From SAR202 cluster bacterium Io17-Chloro-G2 (GTDB lineage Bacteria; Chloroflexota; Dehalococcoidia; Lucifugimonadales; UBA3495), in NCBI GenBank assembly GCA_002816875.1, contig MUCP01000012.1, positions 9,864 through 73,863 of the forward strand: a stretch of 64,000 nt of DNA, read 5' to 3'. Of the stretch, positions 1 through 10,874 are shown piece after piece. The notes under the pieces were generated by a model, which ran no database searches, had not been told where the DNA came from, and was given only the letters and a program-made list of their open reading frames with translations. The number at the start of each line of letters is the position of its first letter. The stretch's first letter is position 1. Both the position numbers and the translations under genes were made by a program.

Positions 1-2090
1 TGCAATTCCTTTTCAGCTTGGGACAGCATCAATCCCCTTGGCGCGGCGGCGTCTTGGGTGGGAGGGGACCGGAGCAGACCGTCCAATATCCGGCCTTTGG
101 AGAACCCCTCCACGTTGCGAAACAAAAGCACTTGGGGATGATCGTATCCGGTCACGTTATCGTCGGCATATCCCAGGTTGAGACTGAAACCAACTTGTCC
201 CTTCGAATCTTCCTGAGGCAACGCCGGTTCGGCCCGGGCAAGGCCGGCATCCGCCAGGGGGTCGTCGCGGAATTCCACGCCAAGCAAAGAGGGATAAGAC
301 GTGAATCTCTTCTCCAACCGGTAGCCCAATTCACCGGCAAACAACCTTTGGTGATAATTGGTGCTAAATGGGAACCGCTGCGGGTCGCGGGAAACGCTGG
401 TGTAAGGGCGGTTGCTGTAAAACACCAGATAGTTAGATTCCGACAGCTTCTGAGCCAGGGTTTGCATCTTCGCCGGTGTCTCGCCTTCGTATAACGGATA
501 TTGCCACACCAGATAACTGTAAAGATCGGGCACGAACTCGTCCCAATGGTTATCGCTGACTATGGCTGAGCCCCGGGGAACATTTTGGTTGATCCAGTCC
601 GATGCCGCCACCGCCGGATGCTGCTGGGTGTAAACCCCCTGAAAGGCCAGGCTGTAGAATGCCGTGGCAGCCACGACCGCAAGGACAAATACCATGGGCG
701 CCCAAATCAAGAAGGCGGATAGGCCTCGCCGGCCCATCCTCAAGTCCAATCTCAATGGAGACATGGCGGCCGGCCTGCCAAGCTCCGCCAGCCAAACCGG
801 TTTGCCCGCCGCCCAACGTCCCGTTTCCACCATCCAGAGGAGCATCCGGGACCCCAGCAAGATCATGAAAGGCATCAACGGGAAAACGTAGCGCAAGAAC
901 CGGACCTCGAAGCTCTCCAAAAACACCAGGCTGCCCAGCAGCCAGGTCAAGATAAGCAGGTCCGCCCGTCTGGTTTTCCGGGGCCACAGCGAAAGGACCG
1001 CCGTAAATGGAATCGCCAACCAGGCGACAACGCCTAGGGGCAATCCCAAACCGAAGACCGCGCTCTGTTTGAACTGGTAGATGAATGGCTCAGTGCCGAC
1101 GTATTGCACCGTAAACGGCCATAGCCCGGCGTGACGCGCCATGTTACCCTGAGCCGCCACATCTCCGGCGAAAGATTGGAAATCCAACAGTGAATAGGGA
1201 GAGCTAACTAAAAAGACTGCAGCTGCCAACACCGCCGCCAAGGACCCGTGCCCGATGACCCGGCCGGCCGCAAGCCAGCGGTCGGATTGGGAGTACACTG
1301 AATCGCCTGGGGAATCTTCCTCCGGCGCGGAACCCGGCGCCCAGATGTCCCACAGCCGGTAGCCATAGGCCAATGCCAGGGGCAGCACCAGGGGCAATCC
1401 GCTAACCTTGGGGGCCATGGTCAATCCCACGGCCAGGCCCAGAAGAGCGGAATCCACCAGACGTTTCCGCTCCACCATCCGCAGCATCGCCCAGAAACTG
1501 ACCAAGGTGAACAGGACCGATAAGGTCTCGGGACGGAAGAAGTGGCTGTTCTGAACGTGGATCACCGCCATGGCGGTGAAGGCGGCGGCCAGCAACCCCA
1601 CCGCGCCGCCGTATAACCTCCGGCCCAACACAAAAACCATCAGCACCGAACCAACGTCGGCCAGCGCGGAGATGGTCCGCCCGGCGTAGCGCATGTCCAG
1701 GGCCGGGATGTCCGTGAACAGCTCCACGATGGAGCGTATCAAGACCATCAGGTAGACCAGCATGCTGCCCAGGGGAAACCAGTGGGGGTTTAACGGGCTC
1801 TTTTCCGGGTCCAGAAATACGCCGGGGCTGGGTATTCCGGGGACAGTCTGGGGTTCCGCGTTCAGATATCCGCAGGTGGCGTAACCGGGGTCTGAGCTCA
1901 ACGCCTCGTACATGCATCCGGCGCGCATGTAAATATCCCGCTCATCGGGGTGAAAACCGTAACCGGCGTCCCAGTTAAGGCCATGCAGCCGCAGCGCCAG
2001 GGCCAAGATGACAATCAGGGACAGGGCGATGAAGGTCCATGAAATACGCCGCTGCCGGATTAGCATTGCCGGGAGGGAAAGCTGGTGCAT
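1..2090 (-). CDS. Large polytopic membrane protein, GT-C/ArnT-PMT-like glycosyltransferase candidate; 3' end runs off the window
   Basis: ATG at 2090. Hand translation of the minus strand gives MHQLSLPAMLIRQRRISWTFIALSLIVILALALRLHGLNWDAGYGFHPDERDIYM... with many hydrophobic segments. The frame is still open at position 3 (...APRGLMLSQAEKEL). It is absent from the ORF track because no stop lies inside the window. Listed ORFs 550-987 and 1402-1917 are other frames and low complexity. Confidence 0.6.
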   Translation of the reverse strand, partial: MHQLSLPAMLIRQRRISWTFIALSLIVILALALRLHGLNWDAGYGFHPDERDIYMRAGCMYEALSSDPGYATCGYLNAEPQTVPGIPSPGVFLDPEKSPLNPHWFPLGSMLVYLMVLIRSIVELFTDIPALDMRYAGRTISALADVGSVLMVFVLGRRLYGGAVGLLAAAFTAMAVIHVQNSHFFRPETLSVLFTLVSFWAMLRMVERKRLVDSALLGLAVGLTMAPKVSGLPLVLPLALAYGYRLWDIWAPGSAPEEDSPGDSVYSQSDRWLAAGRVIGHGSLAAVLAAAVFLVSSPYSLLDFQSFAGDVAAQGNMARHAGLWPFTVQYVGTEPFIYQFKQSAVFGLGLPLGVVAWLAIPFTAVLSLWPRKTRRADLLILTWLLGSLVFLESFEVRFLRYVFPLMPFMILLGSRMLLWMVETGRWAAGKPVWLAELGRPAAMSPLRLDLRMGRRGLSAFLIWAPMVFVLAVVAATAFYSLAFQGVYTQQHPAVAASDWINQNVPRGSAIVSDNHWDEFVPDLYSYLVWQYPLYEGETPAKMQTLAQKLSESNYLVFYSNRPYTSVSRDPQRFPFSTNYHQRLFAGELGYRLEKRFTSYPSLLGVEFRDDPLADAGLARAEPALPQEDSKGQVGFSLNLGYADDNVTGYDHPQVLLFRNVEGFSKGRILDGLLRSPPTQDAAAPRGLMLSQAEKEL

Positions 2091-2322
2091 CAAATACGAG
2101 TCCAGCGGAGGAGATGAATCGGAATAGCCCAACCAGCAGCCTGGACTAGTCCGGCCGGGCTGGAAATCATGGGTTAAGTTGGCCGGCGATAGGAATCTCT
2201 GGCACGGTTACAGATGACCCGATCTTGGCCATAGGTGTAACGTTACGCCGGACCATGGGCCTCCGTCATTGGGGTCCCAAGCGCCGGCATTGGTTACCAA
2301 ATCTACGCACCAGCCGGGGAGA

Positions 2323-3336
2323 TCAGATGCCTTTTTCGCTCATCATGGCGCACAGGTCGGCGGTGCGGCAGGAGTAACCCCACTCGTTGTCGTACCATCC
2401 CATGATCTTCACCATCCGGTCCTGCATCACGATGGTGGATAGGGAATCGAAGATGCAGCTATGGGAGTTGCCGCGGCAGTCAGAACTGACCAACGGCTCG
2501 TCGGTATATTCCAATATCCCCTTCAACCCACCTTGGGCCGCCTTCGAGAAAGCCTCGTTGACTTCGTCCACCGTTACGTCCTTGGAAACGTTGGCCACGA
2601 AGTCGGTGATGGAGCCGGTAGCAGTGGGGACCCGGAAAGCGACTCCGTGGAGCTTGCCGTTCAACTCAGGCAGCACCAACCCCACGGCCCGGGCAGCGCC
2701 GGTATTGGTTGGGATGATGTTCATGGCCGCAGCGCGGGCCCGGCGCAGATCTGAGTGCCGCTGGTCCAAAATCGATTGGTCGTTGGTGTACGAGTGGATG
2801 GTGGACATCAAGCCGTGTTCGATGCCGAAGGAGTCGTGAAGCACTTTCACCATAGGAGCGAAGCAGTTGGTGGTGCAGGAGGCGTTGGAGATGATGGCGT
2901 GCTTATCCGCATCATACAGATGGTCGTTGACGCCTAGCACGATGGTCAGGTCTTCACCGGTGGCCGGCGCTGAGATCACAACCTTTTTAGCGCCACCGGC
3001 CAGGTGACCCCTGGCCTTTTCGGCGTCGGTAAAGATCCCGGTGGACTCTATCACCAGATCGACGCCCATCTCCGCCCAGGGGATCTGCGCCGGGTCCCGC
3101 TCGGAGAAGACTTTTATGCTGTGCCCGTCCACCACCAGGTCGCCGTTGTTGGCCTCAACGGTGCCCTCGTAGGGACCGTAGCTGGTGTCGTATTTATAAA
3201 GGTGGGCGTTGGTCTTGGCATCGGTCAGGTCGTTGACCGCCGCCACCTCAAGTTTATCGGGATGAAGGGAATTGGTAGCCCGAAGCACCAGCCGCCCTAT
3301 TCTGCCAAAACCGTTGATTCCCACTCGGGTAACCAT
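2323..3336 (-). CDS. gap: Type I glyceraldehyde-3-phosphate dehydrogenase
   Basis: 337 aa. Contains INGFGRIGR Rossmann motif and the catalytic SNASCTTNC motif. Confidence 0.97.
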   Translation of the reverse strand: MVTRVGINGFGRIGRLVLRATNSLHPDKLEVAAVNDLTDAKTNAHLYKYDTSYGPYEGTVEANNGDLVVDGHSIKVFSERDPAQIPWAEMGVDLVIESTGIFTDAEKARGHLAGGAKKVVISAPATGEDLTIVLGVNDHLYDADKHAIISNASCTTNCFAPMVKVLHDSFGIEHGLMSTIHSYTNDQSILDQRHSDLRRARAAAMNIIPTNTGAARAVGLVLPELNGKLHGVAFRVPTATGSITDFVANVSKDVTVDEVNEAFSKAAQGGLKGILEYTDEPLVSSDCRGNSHSCIFDSLSTIVMQDRMVKIMGWYDNEWGYSCRTADLCAMMSEKGI

Positions 3337-3515
3337 TCTCTACCTCCACAGCTACAACGAATATTTTTCTAGACATAGACGTATGCCGATGGTTCTTGGT
3401 ATCCGGCCCATAATATAACGGACACCGGCGGTGGTCACAAGGGGTTTTTCCCGGAATCGTTCTTGGGATCGTTCTTGGCCCATGTCAACCGCCCCTAAAA
3501 CGGTCCACTGACCAT

Positions 3516-4847
3516 TCAGGCTAGCTTGATATGGGCGTAGGCATCCAGTCCGGCGTATGCGGCACGGTCACCCAACTGGGATTCGATACGCAACAGCCGG
3601 TTATACTTGGCCACCCTTTCAGACCTGGCCGGCGCGCCCGTCTTGATCTGGCGCACATCCCAGCCCACCGCCAGATCGGCGATGGTGGTGTCTTCGGTCT
3701 CCCCCGACCGGTGGCTCATGACCGTCCCCCATCCGGCGTTGCGGGCCATCTTGAACGCGTTATGGGTTTCGGTCAACGTGCCGATCTGATTGGGTTTTAG
3801 CAAGACCGCCGTACCCGCTTTGGTGTCGATACCGCGCTTGATCCGTTCCAGGTTGGTCACGAAAACATCGTCGCCCACTAGTTGAACGCCATCGCCGACA
3901 CGGCTGACCAGTTCCTGCCATCCTTCCCAATCGTCTTCGTCCAGCCCGTCCTCGATGCTGATTATGGGATACTGCCGCCGCCACACATCGTAAAGATCGA
4001 TGAGCTCGCCAGCCGTCAAGGTGGTTCCCTCCCTGGCCAAGACATATTTGCGCTGGCCCCGGTCAAAGAGTTCGGAAGCCGCCACATCCAGATTTATATA
4101 TACGTCGCTCCCAGGCCGGTATCCAGCCGATTCAATCGCCTTCACTACCAATTCCAAGGCATCCTGGTTGGAGGGCAGGCTGGGGGCGAAGCCGCCTTCA
4201 TCCCCCACGTTCAGGTTGTGGCCGCCGTCCCTAAGCAAACCCCGCAAAGCATGGTATATCTCCACCCCACACCTGAGGGCTTCTGAAAACGATGGCAATC
4301 CCGCCGGAGCCACCATGACCTCCTGAACATCGGTGGAGTCGGACGCGTGCCGGCCGCCGTTCAAGATATTGAACATCGGCACCGGGAGCGACACCCGGCC
4401 ACCCCGGGACAGGCGTTGCCACAGCCTTTCCTCGGTGGGATGGGCGTCGTTGGCCGACATGGCTCCAGCTTTGGCCACCGCCATGGAAACGGCCAGTATG
4501 GCGTTGGCCCCCAGGTTCCCCTTATTCGGCGTGCCGTCCAACTCTATCAGGTGTCCATCGATTTCGGCTTGGTCCAACGGAGACCGGCCGGCCAGCGCGG
4601 GGCCGATGACACGGTTCACGTTACCAACCGCCTTAGATACTCCCGCGCCGCCATACCGGCTGGAATCGCCATCCCGCAATTCAACCGCCTCATGGGTCCC
4701 GGTGCTGGCCCCCGAGGGAGCGGCGGCACGGGCAGTAATGCCGTTTGCAAGAACGACCTCCGCCTCGACGGTGGGATTGCCTCTAGAATCCAGGGTCTCC
4801 CGGCCTGTGACGGCGGCGATTTTCAGTCCGCCCGAGGATTGGGACAT
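3516..4847 (-). CDS. eno: Enolase (phosphopyruvate hydratase)
   Basis: 443 aa. N-terminal [13 protein letters not shown] and C-terminal [17 protein letters not shown] signatures. Confidence 0.97.
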   Translation of the reverse strand: MSQSSGGLKIAAVTGRETLDSRGNPTVEAEVVLANGITARAAAPSGASTGTHEAVELRDGDSSRYGGAGVSKAVGNVNRVIGPALAGRSPLDQAEIDGHLIELDGTPNKGNLGANAILAVSMAVAKAGAMSANDAHPTEERLWQRLSRGGRVSLPVPMFNILNGGRHASDSTDVQEVMVAPAGLPSFSEALRCGVEIYHALRGLLRDGGHNLNVGDEGGFAPSLPSNQDALELVVKAIESAGYRPGSDVYINLDVAASELFDRGQRKYVLAREGTTLTAGELIDLYDVWRRQYPIISIEDGLDEDDWEGWQELVSRVGDGVQLVGDDVFVTNLERIKRGIDTKAGTAVLLKPNQIGTLTETHNAFKMARNAGWGTVMSHRSGETEDTTIADLAVGWDVRQIKTGAPARSERVAKYNRLLRIESQLGDRAAYAGLDAYAHIKLA

Positions 4848-4996
4848 TTTGTATCGTCCTTGATGGTGGGAACTTTAGGATCCCGGTCCGGCAGCGGGCG
4901 CATAAAAACGCCCTTGGCCTGCCCGTGGCCTCACGGAGATGTGCGGTCTACATCAAGCGTTCAGATTGGACCCGTCCGGGACTGGTGCATCGGGGC

Positions 4997-5491
4997 TTAG
5001 CCTCCCAGGTGGCGGGCGTTGGCTGCGGCCATTGCTTTGTCCACCGCGTCCACCGGGCCGGACGCCGGTATTATCGCGTCATCCACCGGCTGTCCGTCCC
5101 CGTTCCGGGACAGATTCCAAGTCTTTAAGCCTATTACAGGTATGCCATCGCCCAGGGCATGCCCAATCTCCGACAGAGTGCCGTACGCGCCGCCGATGGC
5201 GATGACCGCCTGTCCAGTCTTGACCACGATGACGTTACGCGAGTACCGCATCCCGGTGACAATGGAAATATCGACGTATTTGTTCGCCTCTTGGGAGGAC
5301 AGGCCAGGCAGTATCCCGATGGTCATACCGCCTTCTGCTTTGGCTCCCCGGCACACGGCTTCCATGATGCCGGTAAGACCCCCGCAAACAACCTGGACGC
5401 CCCGTTTGGCCAGTTCCCGGCCCACCTGCTCGGCCAATTCCACGTGTTCGGTGGTCGCGGGTCTACTGCTTCCAATCACCGCGATTATCAT
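4997..5491 (-). CDS. TIGR00725/LOG-like Rossmann-fold protein
   Basis: 164 aa. MIIAVIGSS..., VVCGGLTGIMEAVCRGA and AIGGAYGTLSEIGHAL resemble the LOG/TIGR00725 pattern as I recall it. Confidence 0.65.
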   Translation of the reverse strand: MIIAVIGSSRPATTEHVELAEQVGRELAKRGVQVVCGGLTGIMEAVCRGAKAEGGMTIGILPGLSSQEANKYVDISIVTGMRYSRNVIVVKTGQAVIAIGGAYGTLSEIGHALGDGIPVIGLKTWNLSRNGDGQPVDDAIIPASGPVDAVDKAMAAANARHLGG

Positions 5492-5620
5492 TGTTCCGGC
5501 CCGCCTCTCATGCCCTTGCCCAATCAGGGATCCCGCGCCTAGCAGCGCTTCATGATTATACCAAAGGCCAGGTAGAAATCCCCAACCTTTTCATACCGGC
5601 TGGGTACAGCGGTTGCGGCG

Positions 5621-7138
5621 TCATGCGCCGGGCAGGATCGCCTGGCTGGCCGCCTCGATCAGGTCCAACAACGGAGCAGGGTATACACCGGCCAACACCA
5701 CCGCCAGCATGCTTATTGCCAGCACGCCGAGCATCAAGAAGGACGGCGAAAGGTTCTGTTCAGGCTCATAAACAATTCCGTCTTCCCTTTCTGACCCGGC
5801 GGCCACATATTCCGGAACCGGTTCGATGTACATTTGCCGGATCACCTTGAGGTAGTAATAGATTGAGATCAGGCTGGCGAATATCGCTAAACCCGCAAGC
5901 CAGAGAAATCCTCCGGTGGCTACGGCGACGAATAGATAGAACTTGATGGCGAACCCGGCGAAGATGGGCAATCCGCCCAGTGAGAAGAACCCTATGGCGA
6001 TGCAGGCGGCCAGAAAGGGCTGCCGGTCGGCCAAGCCGGCCAGGTCAACTATCTCCTCTCTCCCGGTGAGGTTGAAGAATGCGATGATCGCGGCGAACAC
6101 CAAAAGGTTTGTGATTGAGTACCCCACCAGGTAAAGCATGACACCGTTGGAAGCCAGGACCGAAGACGGCGCAAGTGCGGCGATCCCCGCCAGCAGGAAC
6201 CCGACGTGGCCGATGGAAGAGTAGGCCATAAGACGTTTGAGATTCGTCTGGGCCAAGGCCACCAGGTTGCCCACCAGCATAGTGACCGCGGCCAGCACCG
6301 CGAATATGATCTGCCACTGGCTCCACAGGTCTTCGGCGGGAACGAACCCTTCGGCCACCAAACGTAATATCAACGCAAAGGCAGCCGCCTTGGAACCGAT
6401 GGCCAGGTAGGCTGTAACCGGCAACGGTGCGCCTTCGTACACGTCGGGCGCCCACATATGAAATGGCACGGCCGACACTTTAAAACCCAGTCCCACTACC
6501 AGCAACGCCAGGCCGGCCCACAGGGCGGGAGACACATCCCCAGCCGAGCCAAGGGCCAAACTGATATCGGCGAACCGGGTAACACCCACGCTGGAATAGA
6601 TCATGCTCACGCCATACAAGAGGATGGCCGACGAGAAAGCGCCGATGAGGATGTATTTCAGACCCGCTTCGTTGGATTTGGGCTCGCCCTTCGCGTAGGC
6701 GGCCATCACGTAGAGGCAAAAGCTCAAAAGCTCCAGGGCTATGTAGGCGGTAAGCAACTCACGGGATTGGGCCATGACGTTCATGCCCAATATCGAAAGC
6801 AACAATAGCCCGTAAAACTCGCCGGGATTATCCAACCTCCGGTCCACGTATTCCATTGAGGTGAAGATGATCAAGATCCCCAGGCCCAGAAAGAACACCT
6901 TGAAGAACAGGGAGAAGGCGTCAACGGCCAGGAGACCGCCGTAAAGCGTCTCCTGGCGTCCCCAAAGCATGTATAGGGACAGGGCGATGATCCCGGCTAA
7001 TCCCGCCGCCGAAAGCCAGGGCGTGACCTGTTTCTTGCCATCGGGCAGGAACAGGTCGATCGCCAGAATGCCCAGGGCCAATCCGGCCAGGGCGAACTCC
7101 GGAGACAAAAGGCCGATATTTTGGGTCAATTCAGGCAT
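5621..7138 (-). CDS. nuoN: NADH-quinone oxidoreductase subunit N
   Basis: 505 aa, polytopic antiporter-like subunit. Last gene of the nuo series. Confidence 0.9.
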   Translation of the reverse strand: MPELTQNIGLLSPEFALAGLALGILAIDLFLPDGKKQVTPWLSAAGLAGIIALSLYMLWGRQETLYGGLLAVDAFSLFFKVFFLGLGILIIFTSMEYVDRRLDNPGEFYGLLLLSILGMNVMAQSRELLTAYIALELLSFCLYVMAAYAKGEPKSNEAGLKYILIGAFSSAILLYGVSMIYSSVGVTRFADISLALGSAGDVSPALWAGLALLVVGLGFKVSAVPFHMWAPDVYEGAPLPVTAYLAIGSKAAAFALILRLVAEGFVPAEDLWSQWQIIFAVLAAVTMLVGNLVALAQTNLKRLMAYSSIGHVGFLLAGIAALAPSSVLASNGVMLYLVGYSITNLLVFAAIIAFFNLTGREEIVDLAGLADRQPFLAACIAIGFFSLGGLPIFAGFAIKFYLFVAVATGGFLWLAGLAIFASLISIYYYLKVIRQMYIEPVPEYVAAGSEREDGIVYEPEQNLSPSFLMLGVLAISMLAVVLAGVYPAPLLDLIEAASQAILPGA

Positions 7139-7144
7139 TTCAAC

Positions 7145-7300
7145 TTGGTAACTATCCCAAAAGGTGGTTCGACGGGCTCACCACGAACGGAGAGGATTCT
7201 TCTTACCCGTTCGTTCTGAGCTCCGACCGGAGGCCGCGAGTGGCGACAGAGTCGGACCTGTCGAAGGATGGTCCATCTTAGAGAGACGGTCTTGCGATAT
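7145..7300 (+). repeat. Dispersed intergenic repeat, long form (copy A), between nuoM and nuoN
   Basis: About 155 nt, nearly colinear with 31656-31822. Shared strings: ttggtaactatc, tcaccacgaacgg, cgttcgt(c/t)ctgagctcc, ggaggccgcgagt, gtcggacctgtcgaaggatggtccatctt. Confidence 0.85.
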
Positions 7301-7341
7301 ATTTTCACTACCAGTCGCCGCCCAGCCATAAATTCCTTCAT

Positions 7342-8853
7342 TTATATCCCCGGCAGGGAGGCCACGCCCACGTTGATGACGCGCATCATAGGCTCGGGCC
7401 ACACTCCCACGCCGATCAATATGACTACGAAAACACCGCCCACGGCTTTTTCCACCGGGCTGGCGTCGGTGAGGTGCTCCCACCGGGGGTCCATCTCGCC
7501 AAGGAACGTGCGGGCCAATAACCTCAAGATATATACCGCCGTCAACGCCGCCCCCACCACCGCCAGAATGGCCAGCGGCAGATAGGTGCGGAACGCCCCC
7601 GTGAATACCATGAATTCGGCGATGAAACCGCTGAGGCCTGGAAGCCCCAACGACGCCAAACCCGCGATGGCAAAGAAGAAGCTATTCACACGCATCCGGC
7701 CGAACAATCCATTCAAAACGTAGATGTCCCGGATGTGCGCCCGGTCGTACACCGCTCCCACCAAGAGGAACATAAGGGCCGTCATGATCCCATGGGAGAA
7801 CATCTGCAGCACCGCGCCGCCGACGCCGATGGGATCGAGGGTGGCAATGCCCATGAGCACGTACCCCATGTGGCTCACGCTGGAATAACCCACAACGTAT
7901 TTGAGGTCCGTCTGGGACATTGCCGATACGGCGCCGTATAGCACGTTGACCGTGCCCAGGGTGATCAACAGGGGCATCCAGTTCTCTGCGCCCTCGGGCA
8001 GGAGCACCATGCCCACCCGGATGATGCCGTAAGCGCCCAGCTTCATCAGTACGCCGGCATGCAGCATACTCACCCCCGTGGGCGCCGCTACGTGCCCGTC
8101 GGGCGACCAGGTGTGGAACGGCCATAGGCCCGCCAAAACACCAAATCCAACCATGAAGAGGGGGAAAACCCAAGTCTGGAACTCCTCGCTGATACTGCCG
8201 CTGGCGGCCAGGTTCCCCAAATCCTCCAACGAGAAAGTGGGCGTACCCAGGGTGGCCGATTTCACGTACAAAGCCAGGATACCGATCCAGACCAGAATGC
8301 TTCCCGCGATCAGATACAGGAACAGTTTCATCGCGCTGTATTCTTTGGTCCGCAGGAAGGAGCCAAAGTCGGTGCTGCTGCCCCATACGCCGATCAGCAG
8401 ATACATGGGAAGCACCGCCAGCTCGTAGAAGAAGAACAGGAAGAACAGGTCCCGTACCACGAAAACGCCGAAAACCCCCGCTCCCAGGGCTTGCAACAAC
8501 ACGAAAAAATCCCGGGTCCGGGTGCGGATGGTCTGGGAGATCAAGACCGCGCCCAAAAGCACCAAGCCGTTGAGCAAGATGAGCGGAGCGGAAATCCCGT
8601 CCACCGCCAGGGATAGATCGATATTTATCGGGGCTTCGAGCCACTGGAACGATCGGGCCAGTTGAAAGCCGCCCGCGCCATAGTCGTAGCTGACAAAGAT
8701 GTACAGGGACAACAGCAGGCAAACAACTGAAACGCCAATGGCGAAATACCAAGCGTCTCCCGGCCTATCCTTGGGCAAGAACATGGTCAACACAGCCCCC
8801 AGCAAGGGAACCATGATGATCAAGAACAACGCCGTCTGTTCCAAGCTGCTCAT
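7342..8853 (-). CDS. nuoM: NADH-quinone oxidoreductase subunit M
   Basis: 503 aa antiporter-like membrane subunit. Position in the operon fits. Confidence 0.9.
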   Translation of the reverse strand: MSSLEQTALFLIIMVPLLGAVLTMFLPKDRPGDAWYFAIGVSVVCLLLSLYIFVSYDYGAGGFQLARSFQWLEAPINIDLSLAVDGISAPLILLNGLVLLGAVLISQTIRTRTRDFFVLLQALGAGVFGVFVVRDLFFLFFFYELAVLPMYLLIGVWGSSTDFGSFLRTKEYSAMKLFLYLIAGSILVWIGILALYVKSATLGTPTFSLEDLGNLAASGSISEEFQTWVFPLFMVGFGVLAGLWPFHTWSPDGHVAAPTGVSMLHAGVLMKLGAYGIIRVGMVLLPEGAENWMPLLITLGTVNVLYGAVSAMSQTDLKYVVGYSSVSHMGYVLMGIATLDPIGVGGAVLQMFSHGIMTALMFLLVGAVYDRAHIRDIYVLNGLFGRMRVNSFFFAIAGLASLGLPGLSGFIAEFMVFTGAFRTYLPLAILAVVGAALTAVYILRLLARTFLGEMDPRWEHLTDASPVEKAVGGVFVVILIGVGVWPEPMMRVINVGVASLPGI

Positions 8854-8900
8854 CTACCGGTTATTTCCACCTGGATCGCCATCGGCGTTCCATTCCACGT

Positions 8901-10820
8901 TTAAACCGACCTCAACCACCACAACACGGCCAGCCCAACTGTGCCCAATACCATCGCCAGCGCGTAGCTGTATAAATGACCAGTTACGTGCAGGCGCAGT
9001 ACGAACCCCACGCGCCGCACCGTGTCGGCCGGTCCGTTGACCCCCACGTCGTTGACCACCGCCCGGTCGAATAGGGCCACGAATCCGGAAACGGTTAGCA
9101 CCAACCGGTCCACGGCCCATTGGTAGACCTCGTCGAAGTAATACTTGTTTTCCACCACCACGGCCAACCACGGCGCCTTTTGCCGCAGAATATCCGGCGA
9201 TATCCTTTCCCTCAGGTAGCAGAGGCTGGCCAGCCAGAACGCGCCCAAGGCCAAGACCGTGGAGAGGACCCCGATCCACAAGTTAAAGTGAAAATCCTCC
9301 GCCTCGTGGAAATAAATCAAGCCGCCAAACCCTGGAAACGCGCCGGGCCAGTTGAAATTGATCAGGCCAAATCCGGCGGCCAATACGGCGAGCATCATCA
9401 TGGGCGCGGTCATCAACCAGGGAGATTCGTGGGCGTGATCCAGCCCCTGGCGCAACTGGCCGAAAAACACCACGAACATGGCCCGGGCCATATAGAAGGC
9501 GCTCATGAACGCCACGACAAAAGCGGTGGCGATGAATACCGGATTGCGGTTTTGGCTGACCGCGTTGAGTATCTCGTCCTTGCTCCAAAACCCGGCAAGG
9601 AGGGGTATGCCCCCCAGAGACAGTGCGCCCACGGAAAATACTATGGCCGTGATGGGCATCACCTTGATCAATCCGCCCATCTGACGAATGTCCTGGGCCT
9701 CGGTGCTATGCATGACGCTGCCGGCCCCCAGGAACAATAGGGCCTTAGCGAACCCGTGGGCCAGAAGGTGAAAGATCGCCGCCGTGTAACCGAATGCCCC
9801 CAGGGAGAGCATCATCAATCCCAGGTGGCTGATAGTGGAATAGGCCAATATTCGCTTCAGGTCTACGGACACCAGGGCGATGGAGGCTGACATCAGCGCA
9901 GTGACCAGACCAACCACCGCCACCACCAACAGGGCATCGCCGTCGTAGGCCTGGAAGATAGGGAACGCCCGGGCCACCAGATAGACGCCGGCCACCACCA
10001 TGGTGGCGGCGTGGATCAGCGCGCTTACCGGCGTCGGTCCTTCCATCGCGTCGGGCAACCAAACGTGGAAGGGAAATTGGGCTGACTTTCCCATGGCCCC
10101 CAACAGCAGGAGCAACGCGGCCGTGGTGGTTACCCCCTCGCTCATCGCCCCGGTGGTGGCGGCATTGAACGCCTCGGACATGCTGAAACTGCCCACTTCG
10201 CTCCAGAGCAGCAATATGCCCACCAAAAGCCCCACGTCGCCGATGCGGGTGACAATGAACGCCTTCTTTGCCGCCTCTTTGGCCGCCGGCCGTTCGTGCC
10301 AGAAGCCTATGAGCAGGTAGGAGCAAATCCCGACCAATTCCCAGGCCATGTACAACAACAGGAAGTTATCGGCCAAAACCAGGGTCAGCATGGACCCGGC
10401 GAACATGGCGTGGACTGCGTAGTACCAGCCCAGGCGGGGGTCGCCCTTCATGTAGCCCAGGGAATATACCTGGACCATCAATGCTACGAAAGTGACCAGT
10501 CCCAACATCGCCAAAGTCAGCGGGTCGATCAGCGTACCCCAGGTCAGGGTCACGCTTTGATCCAAACTGGCCAGCCCGGCGTGGAACCACTCTTGCTGGT
10601 AATCACAGACCAGTGATCCGGTGTCAGCGCTCGTCTCGCAATGGGAAGAATCGGGACTTGCCCCCAAGAACCCGCTTAACACCGCCCAGAAGATCACGAA
10701 ACCCGCGGCGATGGCCAGGATTGCCAGGAACGAGCCTTTGCCCGGCAGCTTGGGGCCCAAGATCACGATCAAAGGCGCGGCGATAAAGCTCAAAACCGGT
10801 ATCAGCCAGGCCCATTCCAT
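8901..10820 (-). CDS. nuoL: NADH-quinone oxidoreductase subunit L
   Basis: 639 aa, the longest antiporter-like subunit. Position in the operon fits. Confidence 0.9.
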   Translation of the reverse strand: MEWAWLIPVLSFIAAPLIVILGPKLPGKGSFLAILAIAAGFVIFWAVLSGFLGASPDSSHCETSADTGSLVCDYQQEWFHAGLASLDQSVTLTWGTLIDPLTLAMLGLVTFVALMVQVYSLGYMKGDPRLGWYYAVHAMFAGSMLTLVLADNFLLLYMAWELVGICSYLLIGFWHERPAAKEAAKKAFIVTRIGDVGLLVGILLLWSEVGSFSMSEAFNAATTGAMSEGVTTTAALLLLLGAMGKSAQFPFHVWLPDAMEGPTPVSALIHAATMVVAGVYLVARAFPIFQAYDGDALLVVAVVGLVTALMSASIALVSVDLKRILAYSTISHLGLMMLSLGAFGYTAAIFHLLAHGFAKALLFLGAGSVMHSTEAQDIRQMGGLIKVMPITAIVFSVGALSLGGIPLLAGFWSKDEILNAVSQNRNPVFIATAFVVAFMSAFYMARAMFVVFFGQLRQGLDHAHESPWLMTAPMMMLAVLAAGFGLINFNWPGAFPGFGGLIYFHEAEDFHFNLWIGVLSTVLALGAFWLASLCYLRERISPDILRQKAPWLAVVVENKYYFDEVYQWAVDRLVLTVSGFVALFDRAVVNDVGVNGPADTVRRVGFVLRLHVTGHLYSYALAMVLGTVGLAVLWWLRSV

Positions 10821-10874
10821 GCTAAACCCGCTCCTCCACTGGCTGAGAGCAGACCACTGATAGCTGGCCGCTAT

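Noticed and set aside
18-1917. ORFs 18-494 (+), 550-987 (-), 602-868 (+), 664-891 (+) and 1402-1917 (-).
   Set aside because: All lie within or antisense to the long edge-truncated minus-strand membrane-protein frame (1-2090). Their compositions are low complexity.
7682-8752. A 356-aa ORF on the minus strand.
   Set aside because: It is out of frame within nuoM. It is Arg/Gly/Pro-rich, whereas the nuoM frame encodes the expected hydrophobic antiporter-like protein.
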